A DNA stretch of 64,000 nucleotides, taken from contig NC_043008.1 of assembly GCF_006345805.1 (NCBI RefSeq), positions 3,844,001-3,908,000 on the forward strand, written 5' to 3'. Shown here in pieces: positions 13,375 to 26,719 of this stretch; the first letter of the stretch is position 1, and each line of letters begins with the position of its first letter. A program made the translations under genes and the position numbers. A model generated the notes under the pieces. It was not told the DNA's origin, ran no database searches, and was given only the letters and a program-made list of their open reading frames with translations. This DNA comes from Octopus sinensis. Taxonomy: Eukaryota.

Positions 13375-13463
13375 TCTTTTTACTCTTTTCTCTTTTTACT
13401 CTTTTACATGTTTCAGCCATTTGCCGGCGGTCATGCTGGAGCACCGCCTTTAGTCGAAGAACT
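13375..13463 (-). mobile_element. SINE family A / partner-LINE 3' tail only
   Basis: CTCTTTTACATGTTTCAGCCATT...CATGCTGGAGCACCGCCTTTAGTCGA matches the tails at 6758 and 37491. Confidence 0.8.
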
Positions 13464-13624
13464 TTTATCAAGTTTTTTTTCCGTGTGTGTTTCTAACAGT
13501 TTTCAGGGTACTCTAAAATACAACTTCGGTGTTTCTAGATTCCCACAGTTCCATCTTCTGAATGAAGTGACGTTGGCGTCATTTTGTTACCGCTTGAGCA
13601 TTGCTACCTTCGCTAATGAATGAA

Positions 13625-13890
13625 GCCATAAAACAATACATATGAGAATTACAACGCAATAGACAACATATCAGACGCTTTTCGTATTAAAAATACACAA
13701 AACGCACTTAAGAGCTTATTTCATGAATCCATTACGTACACACTATAAAACACTTGAACGCATGATCAGCAACCTCATAAAACAGAATGGAAAATGCATT
13801 TACCAGACCATAAACTAATACTAATATATATAGAACTTCTAATCAATAACAAACCCCTAAAAAGTAAACTCGTGAACGAGTTACTAATGA
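13625..13890 (+). mobile_element. Possible very decayed Penelope-like GIY-YIG endonuclease C-terminus
   Basis: Frame-hopping translation (KQYI..RQHIRRF..KYTKRT..ITYTL..QPHKTEWKM..KLILIY..ELL) weakly parallels the clearer copy at 34300-35075. Confidence 0.3.
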
Positions 13891-14203
13891 CCAATCTGAT
13901 TTTAAATCTTTCTCGCAAATATTAACGTTTGGACTTCGCAACTCCAAATATCATAAATTAGATTGGTCATAAAAAGGTGGCGAAACAGCATAATTAGTAA
14001 AGGCATAATTAGTTACCGCTCTTAACATTTCGAGTTCAAATATCACTGAATTTAGCTTTTCCTGTGCTTTTGACTATAATAATCTCGAAAAGAATAGTAC
14101 TCGGAAACCGTGGGTAACGGAACAAATGGCATCCGTAGAATCAACAATTTCATTCTACAAAATAATTTGAGTAGTTGTACATTATTTTCTAACGGATACA
14201 TAC

Positions 14204-14297
<94 letters not shown>

Positions 14298-14305
14298 GTA
14301 TGTAT

Positions 14306-14692
14306 ACGTTGTTGGCATTCTTTTGTCCCGGAGACAATGGAGTTGCGCATAAACTAATCCAGTCTGGTTTTTGCATTTCATGTCCTCTCCAGTATTGCGC
14401 AGGCCTGGGCTAGATGTAAGAAACTCCTGGATAGCCCAATCTTCAGGATTCCTCTCTCGACCTTGCTGATGTAATCCAAAGGAGTGCAAAGCATTACGTT
14501 GGGCACCAGTTTTGTTGCAGGAGCTGCCGGAAGTGTTGAGTCGAACACTAAACCGCCTACGGGGCTCCACTCCGAGTTTCTTTGAAGGTTGTCTCTTTTC
14601 CGTAACCCTGGATAGGAGCCCATACCAGGTACTGTCAGCCAGAAGGAGCTGAGCCCGGGACTCGTGTCAGACAGGGTCGTCACTCCCTGAAA
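14306..14692 (-). mobile_element. GC-richer fragment resembling the 5' UTR region of a non-LTR retrotransposon (possibly RTE)
   Basis: Sharp compositional island between (TA/TATG)n and (TACA)n. Recalled similarity to LINE 5' regions (GGAGTGGAGCCCCGTAGGCGG; GGAGAGGACATGAAATGC); no protein domain recognised. Confidence 0.45.
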
Positions 14693-14789
14693 TAGTGAAG
14701 AAAATCGCTACCCACTACATACATACATACATATATGATTGACGGCTAACTCCAAAAGTGCTGTTATTCTCTCTCTGTTTTTTGTTTTT

Positions 14790-14950
14790 TTAAATCTTCT
14801 CTCTATATATTTCCTCGTGTTCCTTTCTGTTGAAGAGCGTAGGCTCGAAACGTAAAAAGCTTTCTCACTTTCCCGAGCGTCAAACTAATTACACCTGCTT
14901 GTTGTTTATACACCTGCCTTCGTCTTTTGCTTTTCTGTAAATTTTTACTA
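14790..14950 (+). mobile_element. Short interspersed element end carrying a hammerhead-like motif, terminating at (TA)n
   Basis: Second copy at 52815-52905 (GTGTTCCTTTCTGT.GAAGAGCGTAGGCTC.AAA.GTAAAA...CCCGAGCGT..ACTAAT). Confidence 0.7.
14822..14859 (+). ncRNA. Minimal type I hammerhead-like motif, variant core CUGUUGA
   Basis: ccttt-CTGTTGA-A-GAGC gtag GCTC-GAAA-CGTA-aaaag: 4-bp stem II, palindromic ACGT stem III, GUA triplet, weak stem I; conserved A6 is U. Confidence 0.45.
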
Positions 14951-15293
14951 TATATACATATATAAATTCTTGCACACATAAATAACACTGTGTTGCTCGC
15001 CGTTCCATGTTTCTATCTCCGACGCCCATATTTCTATCACCACACACTTGCACACTACCCTACCAACAATTACACACAAATAGATATCACACTCACTTAT
15101 GTTCATTTTCAGACAGAGGTACACATTTATACATTTATCCACGTACCTGCTTCTCCCTTCTTTATTTCTTCTGATTTTTAATTACTAAACTTCCACCCTT
15201 ACTGTTGTTGTTATTTGGTAGATTTTTTTATTTTTCATCTCCACGCTCACTATTTCCCACTTTCTTTCTCTCCCTCATCTTTCTTCTGTTTAT

Positions 15294-15332
15294 TCTTTTC
15301 TGATGAAGGAGAAACTGCCGAAACGTTAAGAC
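15294..15332 (+). ncRNA. Minimal type I hammerhead-like motif, canonical CUGAUGA core
   Basis: tctttt-CTGATGA-A-GGAG aaa CTGCC-GAAA-CGTT-aagac: stem II GG.AG/CTgCC with one bulge, palindromic stem III; lies at the end of a 300-nt pyrimidine-rich tract typical of Penelope-like pseudo-LTRs. Confidence 0.55.
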
Positions 15333-17029
15333 AATGCCTTACAACTTACATGCATTAAACTATTGTAATATCTGCCCAACAGAGTTGTTGTGTTGCTTCT
15401 TTTATGTTTATTGCCTTTACAGTGTGTATGTGTGTGTGTGCGTGCGTGTGTGTGTGTGTGTGTGTCTGTGTGTCTGTGTATGTCTGTGTGTGTGTGTGTG
15501 TGTCTGTGTTTGTGTGTGTCTGTGTCTGTACATTGGCGAGAATCTGCATTTACAGAAGAAGCAAAAAGTAACTAATATATATATAACAAACTGAAGCTAC
15601 TTGAATCATTATTCTGACTTTCATGATGTCCATTATTCTAACACCAACATTGACGCACAAACAATCACACACATTTAAGCAATCACATACGCAACCACTT
15701 ACATGCATGTATGTACATTTTAAGTTATTTGAAAATATTATTTCGTAGGAAATTAATTTAACCACCCAGTTTAAGTAAATGTCTATCTGCTTAAATAATG
15801 TATATTGAAATGCAACACTCTAAACATGATTTTATCGAATTAATTAACCACTTGTTACAGTATATGCGCATACATCTCTCTCTCTCTCTCTTTCTCTCTC
15901 TTTCTGTCTCTCTCTCTCCCTCTACACATGCACGCACATCACACACATACACATATTTACACATGCACATATACTTATATGCATATATGCATATGCATAC
16001 ATACATTCATATGTGCATGTGTGTGAATGTATATATTTATTGTGTGTGTATGTATGCATGTATTCAACTTCAACCATGTATGTGCGTATGTGTATATACG
16101 CATCGAAATATTTTGTTATTAAATGTTTTCCTTTGTTTTTGTTATTACTTCGTGCCTCTTGTAGCAAATCTATTGAATTTAGCTGGCTAATAACTACATG
16201 ACTAAAATGAATGGACGGATTATATAAGTTCGCGTCTCTTTCAAAAGTAGCTGTTTACTGAAATTATTCGTTATTAATCGGAAGTGAAGACATTGTAGGT
16301 GGTTCTAAAGAGCAGACGTTGAAACTACAGCAGCCGTAAAGAAAAGAGAAATTTGAAAAACTGATGTGAGATCGAGAGTGTATTGAAGAAGAGAAACGTG
16401 ACTATAAGATGAGGAAGTATGTGTATTGATCGCAAGTTAAATAAATCTTGGATCAATACTGTAATATGTTTACTGATCAGTATTGAATTTTTTTTTCTTA
16501 TTTATTGATTAGTATATATTTCACTTTATTTTAAAACTGCGTAGTAAATCTAGTTCGGGTTTTCGTTAAGAATTGTATTAAAGATCGTTTTGTTTCATTG
16601 AGGGAAACTCATGTTAGCACTTGTGATACTTCTTCCAAATTATTATTTTCTTAGCTGGAAGAAATCAAGTGAAAGCTAGACAAATGAACAGAGGCTTCGT
16701 TTACATTGGACATTTGTTAATATTATTATTTTTATTTCAGCTGTAATGGAACAAAAGTAGAAAGGCAATGTGTCGCTGAAATTATGGTTTACGAATGATG
16801 TGTATAGATCTGAAACAGGTTTAGTCGGGCGTGGATGTTTGGGTACCAGCCAACCAACCAACCAACCAACCAACCAACCAACTGAGAATTTTGTTTATGT
16901 AAATAGGTTAAAATACGGAGGTGTTCGTCCTCATTTCTCACAATTTTCCAGTTGGTCTGTAATGGTTCTTGGCTATTAAAATAACTGTTTCAAATGCTGG
17001 CTCAAGAACAGTAATTTTTTAAACAAAGG

Positions 17030-17176
17030 GGCAACTTGATTATATCGACCCCAGTACTTGAAAAGATGAGCTCAAGGAGTCATCGGTAGAATTTGAAATT
17101 AAAATATCAAGAAGAGAGAGAAATACCGCTAAATATTTAGTCCGATGTGCTAATGAGTCTGCTAGCTTTCCGCCTT
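17030..17176 (-). mobile_element. SINE family B, decayed
   Basis: ATCGACCCCAGTAC...AGAATTTGAAATT...AAATACCGCTAA...CTGCTAGCTTTCCGCCT. Confidence 0.65.
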
Positions 17177-18254
17177 TGGCTATTAGAATAACTCTATCTT
17201 GAAACAGATTTCACCATTTCCATGCGAAACCTCACTAGCTGAAATGAAATTTCCTAGTAAAAATTATTCAGGTAAAGACAGAAGCCTCTATGGTACCGTC
17301 CAATTACCTGCAAATAGTTACTATACGCAACTAAATTCCGCTGAATAATCAGCCAACAAGGGAACCACTATGCTGTTGCTAGTAATAGCAGCGATACCTC
17401 TCTCATACCCGCTGCCTTAAAAGCGCATGAATGATGTCATGTCAGTCCATAAGAGAAGAAGGAAATCATAAATGGAATGTCTTTGGTTTAACAACAGTAC
17501 ATCTGAAGATTGCTTTCTTGGCTTAAAGTACCAGGTACACAAAACCAGCAACAGACTGGAATGTTAGAGCGCATGAAGTATTTTATCTACATCGGTTTAG
17601 CTTTCTTTAATCAAGAGACCAATTCCTTTTCCCGATGACATTAATGTAATTCTTTTGCTGGTTTCAGTCATTGAACTGCAACTCTGCTGGGGAATCGTGT
17701 TCAGCAGTTTATTCGATTTTGTCGATCCCAGGATATATTCCAATCAGTTACATATTTCTTCTGTTGCTGTGTCTTGAACTGGAAACTCGTGGGAAAAAAA
17801 GACACAAATAAACAGAGGCATACATACAGTCTCAACACCTACATATGTTGGTATCACGTGCTTCTGCAGGGTTTTCGTCAACTCTTCCAAATTTTACTCA
17901 CGTATTATTGGTTGGTGAGTAGTTACAACGGAAAACTCTTACAAAAGGCATCTCGCGATTGGAGGGTTACTGAGATCACATGATTGAAAAGCGATATTTG
18001 GCAACTGATAAATTCAATGGCATACATAGATGAATGAACTAACAAAATGTTAGAATTTGCTTTCTAATTTTTTTTCTTGTGTAGTCATAAAAGAAAGGGC
18101 AATGCGCATGACCTGTGAAATCGGTGCGAATAAGGGAGGAAGTTGTGCTCAAACCGGAGACTTAACTCAACTGCTTAAAGTAGATTTTGCTAAAAGCTCG
18201 AAAGAGCCAAGTGGTATAATTTGATCGAACAATGGATTAATTCTACAACCCAAG

Positions 18255-18411
18255 AATGTAGTTTCCCCGAGGTTTCTGCCAACCAAAATTAACAAACAAG
18301 ACTTCACCAGAAACTACAATAGAAAACACCCGATGCATCATGTGGGGAAATCAAACTCAAACCCCCGTAGTTGCGAGGCGAGCTGCTTACAAACACAACA
18401 CGCCTGCGCCT
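18255..18411 (-). mobile_element. SINE family A head, decayed
   Basis: Ends in CTTACAAACACAACACGCCTGCGCCT, matching the family A 5' end. Confidence 0.6.
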
Positions 18412-19651
18412 ATAACAAAATGTGGGAATAAAATTTGTAACACTTAATCATAAAATGCAACACAAACTCCCAACCCATAGAGTTGCAGGCATTGTGCTAA
18501 AATTTCAAACAATTCTACTCAACAAAGCAGTTCGAATTTTAAGGTATCTTCCAGCAACTCAATCCTTAAAACTTATTCAACCTCCAGCTAAATCTAGATC
18601 TCTTAATTTTAATGCTATTTTGATAAAGAGTTCTGAACACCGCTCATAATAGCTGATGGTAAGATAATATATATTACCACCTCTTGGTCTTCACTTTTTT
18701 CTTGTAGAGATTTGTGTCTTGTCTAAGGAAATACACGTAAAAAAAACTATAATAGTTCGCGTTAAATAGATTTTGAAAATAAATTTACCAAGCTGCAACA
18801 ATAACGCTTTTGTTGCGTACTTTTTATTAAATCTTTTGTTTAACATATACAAAAATTGGGGACTAATTGCTCTACTTATAAATTCAGAAGCCTTTTAAGG
18901 TTTCTGGAGCAGAATAATGAAATTCTCTTAGCGAATTTTTGCACAAACAAATAGAGGTTAAAACAAATAGGTATAGATTAAATATGGTCATTGAGATTAA
19001 ATTTAGATGTCTTTCTGAAAGGAACTGCTGTATTTGTTATGTTAATGATTCTGATTGTTTTGTCTTATTTCGTTTTTTCTTTGTTTTTTTCTTTTCCTTA
19101 GCTTATTACTCAAGGACTAAAAGTCAATTATAGTCTTCAGTAAAAATGGCTTTTTGTGTCAGGCAAGCAATTCGTATTCGAGTTGCATTTGTTTTTCATA
19201 CTTATGTAGATTTTTTTACTCCAAAATGAATCTCTTATTTCTGTTTGTGTGTGTGTGTTTGTATATATATATATATGCATATATACATATAGAGAGAGAC
19301 ATACATATGTGTACGTACATACGCATGTATGTGTCTGTGTGTGCCTCTCTGTGTGTCTGTGTGCGTGTGTCTGTGCATGTATATATACACAGCATTATTG
19401 AGTGACTGGGGGGTGTGCATCTTTATATGAATTATGTGTGTGTGCGCAGGTGGTTGTATTTTTGCGTGTTTGCTGTATGTGTAGGGAGGGGGTCTAATGC
19501 AATGTCTTCTGTTCTATTGTAATCATTGGAAGATACAAGGTTGCTATCGTTATTTAACCTCAAATTAGCCTCCATTCAAGAAACTTACTGTCAAAATCTT
19601 TTAACTATTAGTATTCTGCCGTTCTGACCACGTTCATGAAGACTGTAGGAT

Positions 19652-19908
19652 TGATTTGAGGGAGATTTGGTTGCTGCTTCTAGCTAATCGAGAAACTACA
19701 TTGAGTCATCATCGTTGTTTCAAACTGATATAATTGTCCATTCCTTCCGTCAGCTGGAGAGACAAAAGCGCATTTACGAAGGTATTCTTTCAGAGACCTT
19801 TTCCCCTCTTTAGGAATCTATTATCGATTAGTTCCTCATTTTGTAAGACGATCTGATGTATACTGAAAGAGATTTGGACGCTATTTCTAGTTGGTCGAGC
19901 GACTACAT
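19652..19908 (+). repeat. Two copies of an unclassified interspersed repeat core GAGATTTGGCTGCTATTTCTAG
   Basis: Cores at about 19652-19700 and 19866-19908; related copies near 1797(-), 25810, 40201, 40398, 43140 and 49900(-). Confidence 0.6.
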
Positions 19909-22864
19909 CAAGGAATTCTTGTTGAGTCGACAAAAGCACGCTGCTCTATGAGCTTGTGCCGTATCTAACGCCACTGTCTTGAAGCATTACGCCCCTTCTT
20001 CATAGTTACACGCATTTTACCCTTCAAAGGCTAATTTATTATGAAATGAACGGTAAACGCGAAGGCTAAGGAATCTTGATTAAAAAGAGCAAAATGCTTT
20101 CAGTTGTCTTCTATCTTCCGATTCCTCCGTTTTTCATGAACAATAACCATTAGTTTCATTGGACTCCAGTGTTTCTTTCCTTTCATTTTGCTATGAAGGT
20201 TGTATTAATTTACAATTTTCATGTAGCCGTCCGTGTAAAGCCACGCCCTTTACTTTCTTAAAGACAGAATTGCCAAGTGCATGAAACGGTTCATCGTGTG
20301 CCTAAATGACACTATCTTGATAATATGGATTTGCAACTTAGATGAAAGGCTACACGCATGTAGTATGTGATTATAATCAATAAAGGCTATCCACTTACTT
20401 GACTGATACGGAATTTTATCGAGTCCGAAAGATGAAGGGCAAAGATAATTTCAGCAGAAGGATTTGAACTGAGAATAAATGCTTATATTGATACACCCTC
20501 CCTCCCTCTCTCTCTCCTCCTCTAGCTTTCCGTGTCTCTCACCCGTTCTCTCTCTCTCTCTCTCACTCACACACACACATACACTCACATACATACACTC
20601 CCATACACGCACACAAACACACACATACACATATGCGCGCGTGCTCAGAGCATACATTTACACACTAAAAGACATTCTTAGATGCTTGCACAAAGACATA
20701 CGTACTTATACTCTTGCATAAATACAGATACATTTATACAGTTATGTAGAAACATTCACACATATACACTTTTGCACATATATAAATACACATTCAATGT
20801 TTGAGATAATCCCTGTTATTAATAATAATCTTACTAGTTTCCAGATAATTAACCTCATGTAGATAACTATGGTGTCTTATTTTCATCAGGTTTGACATTG
20901 TCGGTCAAATGCATCGTCGCAATCTGGATTCGAAACGACAACGATCATAGCCCGAACAGCTTCTCGCTCTTAATGTTGCTAATTACTCAACTAGCATAAT
21001 GTCTATGTTAATGATTTTTTTCTCCGATTCCATTTGTACTTGAATCATCAAGCAAAATAATCCTGCTCTAGCGATACACAGATCTTTCTTTCCTAACACA
21101 CCACCATTTAAACAAACTAACTATATATGTTGAAAGTTTTTACAACCCACTTCAGGTTTCTAGAACGCTAATGTTCAAAGTTACATCGTTTTCTCTTGAG
21201 TGAAACAGTAAAGATGATAAAAATAAGATTCGAATAATTATAGCGATTTTTTTTCCGATAATGAATACCGCATACACTGATCAAAGAGAAAATAGAGAAA
21301 CGATGTTTACTGGACATTAAGGGTTTCCTTTATTCCACTCAATCGTCAGTGTCGCGGCTGGGTAATTCTTAGAATGTTCGTGTACAATAACTACGTAAAC
21401 GAGGTTTATTAGGAGATATCAGACGAATAGTTTACCTGACGTTAACTGCCTTTTTTTTTCTTTTACATCACTGAAACCCGAGCCACAACTGTAATTTCAT
21501 TTACGAGTTCTTTTGAAATCGCTGTGTGCGTGTGGTGCACACACACAAACGCACACATCAAACAGAGACAGCATACACACATATATTACTCACACACACA
21601 CATATATATAATATATATATATATATATATTTATGTATATGTGCTGAAAATCACCTTCGCTATTATATTGGCTAGAGACATATTGTTTCCGAGGTAACGT
21701 GATTATGAGAGATAGAAAGAGCTTTCTTTGGGAAAATATTTTCGACTATGCACGCAGCCATGTCTGTTCAATGTTACATATATATGGTTATTGTGCGAAT
21801 AAATTGTTATATATCTCTGTGAATATAGGAGAATATAACTGAGCGTACATATTGATTTTTGCGGGCATATATATGATAAAGGTTCGTTTAACTTTGTGGT
21901 TGTGTATGGCAGCGTATATCTACATACGAACGCCTTTGCGTAATATTAATATTAACGAAGTGTATAATTTTAGAAGTTGGCTATAAACTTGTTTCATAGC
22001 ATGTCTTAAACAATATGTACTTACCGACGTTTTATACACATATATGTATGTGTGTGTGTGTGTGCGTGTATGTCTGTGTGTCTGTGTGCTTCTATAGTGT
22101 GTATGCATGTTTATATCTGTACGTGTGAGAATATATACGTATGTATATATGTATGTTCTCTTCTGTTTTGAATTATTTAAATTCTTCTTCTGAGGAAAGA
22201 AGCTGGTTTCTAACAAAGATACAAAATTACATCGTTGGAATGGAAATAACAAAAACAATGTCACATTTTAAACTTGAGAAAAGTTTTGCATATTTTTACT
22301 GTTCCACTTACAGACTGTATTTGTAATATGTGAGTGAGTTGGTTGATTTTGTTTTTAATCTGAAATCCAAGCTTATTCAGACTGTCAAACAGGCATTTAC
22401 TCACAAAACCAAGTGCACCGATTATTATTGGTATAATTGTGAATTTATAATCTGGATATAAAAACTAGACGTTTCGAAGCAGTTCTCCATAGTTATCCTC
22501 TTTCTGCTTGACTTTCAAAGAAATATTCCTATGAGCCGGACGGCTGACCTCTACGACGCTACATACATTTTTCTTGTCTCTCCCAAACAACAATATCCTG
22601 CCTGTTATGCTTATAGTTTACAGGTGTTTTGATTGGAATGTTCCATAAGTATTCCTTGCGTTCATATTTATTCCAGCAGTCTTTTTTTAGTGGTGGGGGA
22701 GGGCACCTGCTAATCCTATGTGTGATGTCTTTCACAGAAATACGACATAATCTACATTTTCAGTTGCATTTTTGGAACTCCAAAGGTTTCTTTATCTCTT
22801 TTGTATATTAGTCATTTACTAGTAGCTGTATAACCAGATGTATATGTGACTCTCTCCCCCATCC

Positions 22865-23075
22865 CCCTCTCTCTCTCTCTCACTATATATATATATAATT
22901 ATGTATGTATATATGTATGTATATATGTATGTATGTGTGTATGTGTGTGTGTATATATGTATGTATGTGTGTATGTATGTATGTGTGTATGTATGTATGT
23001 ATGTATGTATGTATGTATGTATGTATGTATGTATGTATGTGTGTATGTATGTATGTATGTATGTATGCATGTATA
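22865..23075. repeat. (TATG)n-dominated compound microsatellite
   Basis: Read directly; explains the MYVC/TYIH ORFs. Confidence 0.95.
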
Positions 23076-23269
23076 TACAAACCGGTTTAACTTCACAATG
23101 CAGTTTTAGAAACTACTCGGTTTGGTCACTATTTCTAGCAAGTTGGGCGAGCACATGGCGGCTCCCTCGTTGTTTTAATCCTCCTCGCGTATTTTTGATT
23201 TATTATTGATAAACTCCAATATATTATCAATTTTGATTTTATCACTTCTCACTTCTATCCAAGCAATCT

Positions 23270-24010
23270 ATGAGGGTAACACAAAGAAAGATTCTATAAA
23301 GCAATACATCACATCCCATACAGCACTGATAACAAGCTGTTCAACCTTGTTCTCACCGTGCCAAAGGCGGGGCCACAACTGCAGGGGTAACTGAACGTTG
23401 GTTCGCACATGTTGCCATAGTTATTGCGATTTCAGTAAAAGTACAGACACCTGCAGTGTTTTTCACTGACGTATTTGAGAGCATGGTTCTCTTGGCATAC
23501 ATATTAAAAAACATAACCTTGTATCAACAAGCAGGAATCTATTCCAACTATTTTGGTGCATGGATAAGCACTAATCATGGATCGCAAATATTGACAGAGG
23601 AGATCCTACACCCAATATAACGAACCAATGTAACTTTTAGTCGTCATAGAAGATGGCTAGATGAAGATTAAAATCTGAGACAAATAATCAAACTTAGGGT
23701 ACACAAGGCTGTTGCTACACCAATTCCCTTTTACGGGTTTGAAAGCTGAGTATGTTGTAGGCGACTTCTCCGTCAACTGGGCATAGAACATTAGCGACAC
23801 TTGATAAAAATCATGAATTTACAATTGCAGAAAGCAGGAATGTAAAGTAACATCTTCTGCATTGAAGCCATGATTATGCGACATCAACTTCAATGGGATG
23901 GCCACGCTGTAGGAATGCCTGGCAATCAGTTACCCAAATTATTGTGTTGTGTCCTGCTGAATAGAGAAAATGAAAAGTATAGGCAAAGAGGTGAAAGGAA
24001 GGGATTCTTC
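23270..24010 (+). mobile_element. RTE-clade LINE relic (RT C-terminal half and thumb), many stops and frameshifts
   Basis: TDNKLFNL; TERWFAHVAIV (decayed LLFADDAA); IKLRVHKAV..PFYGFES; IEAMIMRHQLQWDGHAVGMPGNQLPK (23861-23940), matching the RTE motif QLRWxGHVxRMxxxRLPK. Confidence 0.8.
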
Positions 24011-24867
24011 ACACTTCTGGGATCAATCATAAAACCATTGGTGAATATCTGGTACTATATAACCAACTCCAACACAATGTTTTCAAATATCGATTGATGT
24101 CTAGTTGAGGACAGACGCCTCAACAAGGTATTAATACATTTTGTTAGAGAAAGGTTCATAGACTTAAGAGCATCTGCTTTTAAGAGTATATTCTTGTAAA
24201 CAACCGGAAGAAAGCAAAGTCCAAATCTCTTTCACAGCGTATTTCGACATGAATCCACAGAGACATTAAGGTACTTTAAGAGAGCCATTAATTGTATGGA
24301 AACGCATAATTCGGAATAATGGTGAAATAAATAACTGTAGCAACGATAAATATGTATGTATATATGAGTGCGTGTGTGTATGTGTGTGTGTTTGGTTATG
24401 TACAGGTATAACTATATATGTATATATAAATATACACACACGATACACAAATACAGAAACTCTCTCTTTCTCTCTCTCTCTTTCTTTCCCTCTCTCTCTC
24501 TCTCACACACACACACATACAGATATATATAAGTTAATTTCTCTCAAAATATATTTGATGCACGCTTCACAGATAACCTACGAATTTTATCATTTTCAAA
24601 ACTAGAAAGACCCAGATAACATTATAAATACAAAGTTGTTCATTCTCAGTATGTAGACAGTAATTAGAGATTAAAGATATAGTGAACACACCCAAAGAAT
24701 ACTTCCTCTTGCATAAATATTTGGCAAAATTAAATTTCCTTTTCTTAACTTAACTCGAGAATACTCAAAACAACACTCAAGTATATAAAACTACGGTGTT
24801 TGCATTCGTGAGAAAGACGAAAATTTATCTCCGTATAAAATGGCACATACATACATACATACATACA

Positions 24868-24900
<33 letters not shown>

Positions 24901-25309
24901 CCTTTCTACAATAGGCACAAGGCCTGCATTTTCGGGGAGGGGGCTGGTCGATTTTATCGACCCCAGTGTTTCACTGCTACGTTGCAGCATTTATTTACAG
25001 CATTTTACCGTAAGAGGTAAAATCCCGTTGAGATCAGCTTTGCTTTTTATCTTTCCAGCATTGATAAAATAATCATCCACCCAAGTACTGAGGTCGATAC
25101 ACCCGACAATAAAATGCTTATTCTAGAATAGTTCTGGGTAACGTTTGCAGGAAACTGGTCGCATGAGAGATAGGTCGTTATTAGGCGAGTCGCACTACTA
25201 AAAAATAAAATCACGCCCGAAATATTATGAAACCAAGACAAGCACATTATAGGCGCCAAGGTGTCTCGTATAAATCTTATATATATCAGTGGACTATTGA
25301 GTCTAACTT

Positions 25310-25488
25310 AGACACGAGGCCAGCAATTCTTGGGGAAGGGGGCGTGTCAATTCCATCTGGTACTTTATTTTATTTGGTCGAAAGGTTGAAATGTGAAATT
25401 GACCTAGAAGGGATTTGAACTCAATGTAAAGAGCCTGAACAAATACCACAAGTCATCTATCCCGACGATTCTGCAAGCTTGCCACCTT
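25310..25488 (-). mobile_element. SINE family B, decayed (another 3' fragment at about 24900-24975)
   Basis: CACGAGGCCAGCAATT...GGTCGAAAGG...GGATTTGAACTC...GATTCTGCAAGCTTGCCACCT. Confidence 0.7.
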
Positions 25489-26719
25489 TACATCATTGTA
25501 TGATAAAAACAAATGGAGTTTCTAATATCATTATTATATAGATTACATCGCTTTTGCCGAAATTGTTTGGTCAAGCGCTTCCGTTTGAGAAAGCTTTTGG
25601 TCATTGGTTCGTTTGTAATTTCGAATTCCTTCTCATAATTTTATCATGCGACAGAGAAAACTGCAGAACACGTTCTTAATGTTGTTTAGTTTAAGAACAG
25701 CTGTGATTAGGCAGAACTATGATTAAAGATGCCGTGACCATCACATCTTATTAGGAGTATGTAGGATATGTAGGACTATATTACACCTTTCCTTCCCGGT
25801 TTTAAGACGCTGTGGCTTGATTTGAAGGAGATTTATTTCTTAATTCTAGCAAAACAAATTATCCGTTCTTTGCTTCATCTTTGCTTGTAGAACTACAGAA
25901 CATGCTTCACCATTTGCTCGTTACATCCTACACCCATTCGTTTATTTATTTTCTCCCTCAAAGAAGCAATATTTTAAATATCTAATGACAGGCATTTTTC
26001 TTTCTTATTTTTTTCTTCTTTTTACCGTAGCTCGTATCTGCGAAGCGCTGCCTATAAATATAGCCATAGTTTATGGTGTAGAAAGAGAAAATAGGATATG
26101 TTGTCGTGTATATTTATCCGCTAGTTAGCAAGTGACACATTAGCGATATTGTGAAGATAGTTGATTGTCCCTCAATGCTGTCTTATTAAGCTAATTACTT
26201 ATAAAATTTTGTTGACAAGACAAATAGGTATTCATTTAGCGTGAGAAAGTAAAATTAGGCGTTAATTACATAGGTGTGCTTTGTCATTAAATAAAACGTT
26301 ATACGTTTTTCTCTATGGAAGTAAATTACTGACATAAGAAATATTTAAATAAGAGATCTACACGAACTATTTACTGCTCGTAGGTTCCTGGAAATTAGCC
26401 AACATAAACAAGTAACAGTATACTGTAAACTCTTTATACAAACGCTATATTGTCCCTTTTATTCCAACGCTAAACCAGAAAATTGCGAGTAAAAATAGGA
26501 TAATATATAATCAGGGTAAAAAGGAACAACAATACTTTTCTTGCATTCATCTTAACAGTTCAACAAATATAACTTATTACATACTTACATACTGCACTGC
26601 AGAAGAAGCTTTATTATCACAGTTTTAAGTATAACTGCTATTTGTAAAATATTCCTGTCGGTTTCATATTTCTAGACATACATCGTTAACACTAATAAGT
26701 ATACACACGTGTATTGAGA

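Noticed and set aside
22819-23209. Stacks of MYVC/TYIH/CVCV/YIYI ORFs here and throughout the window
   Set aside because: Stop-free frames of (TATG)n, (TG)n and (TA)n microsatellites.
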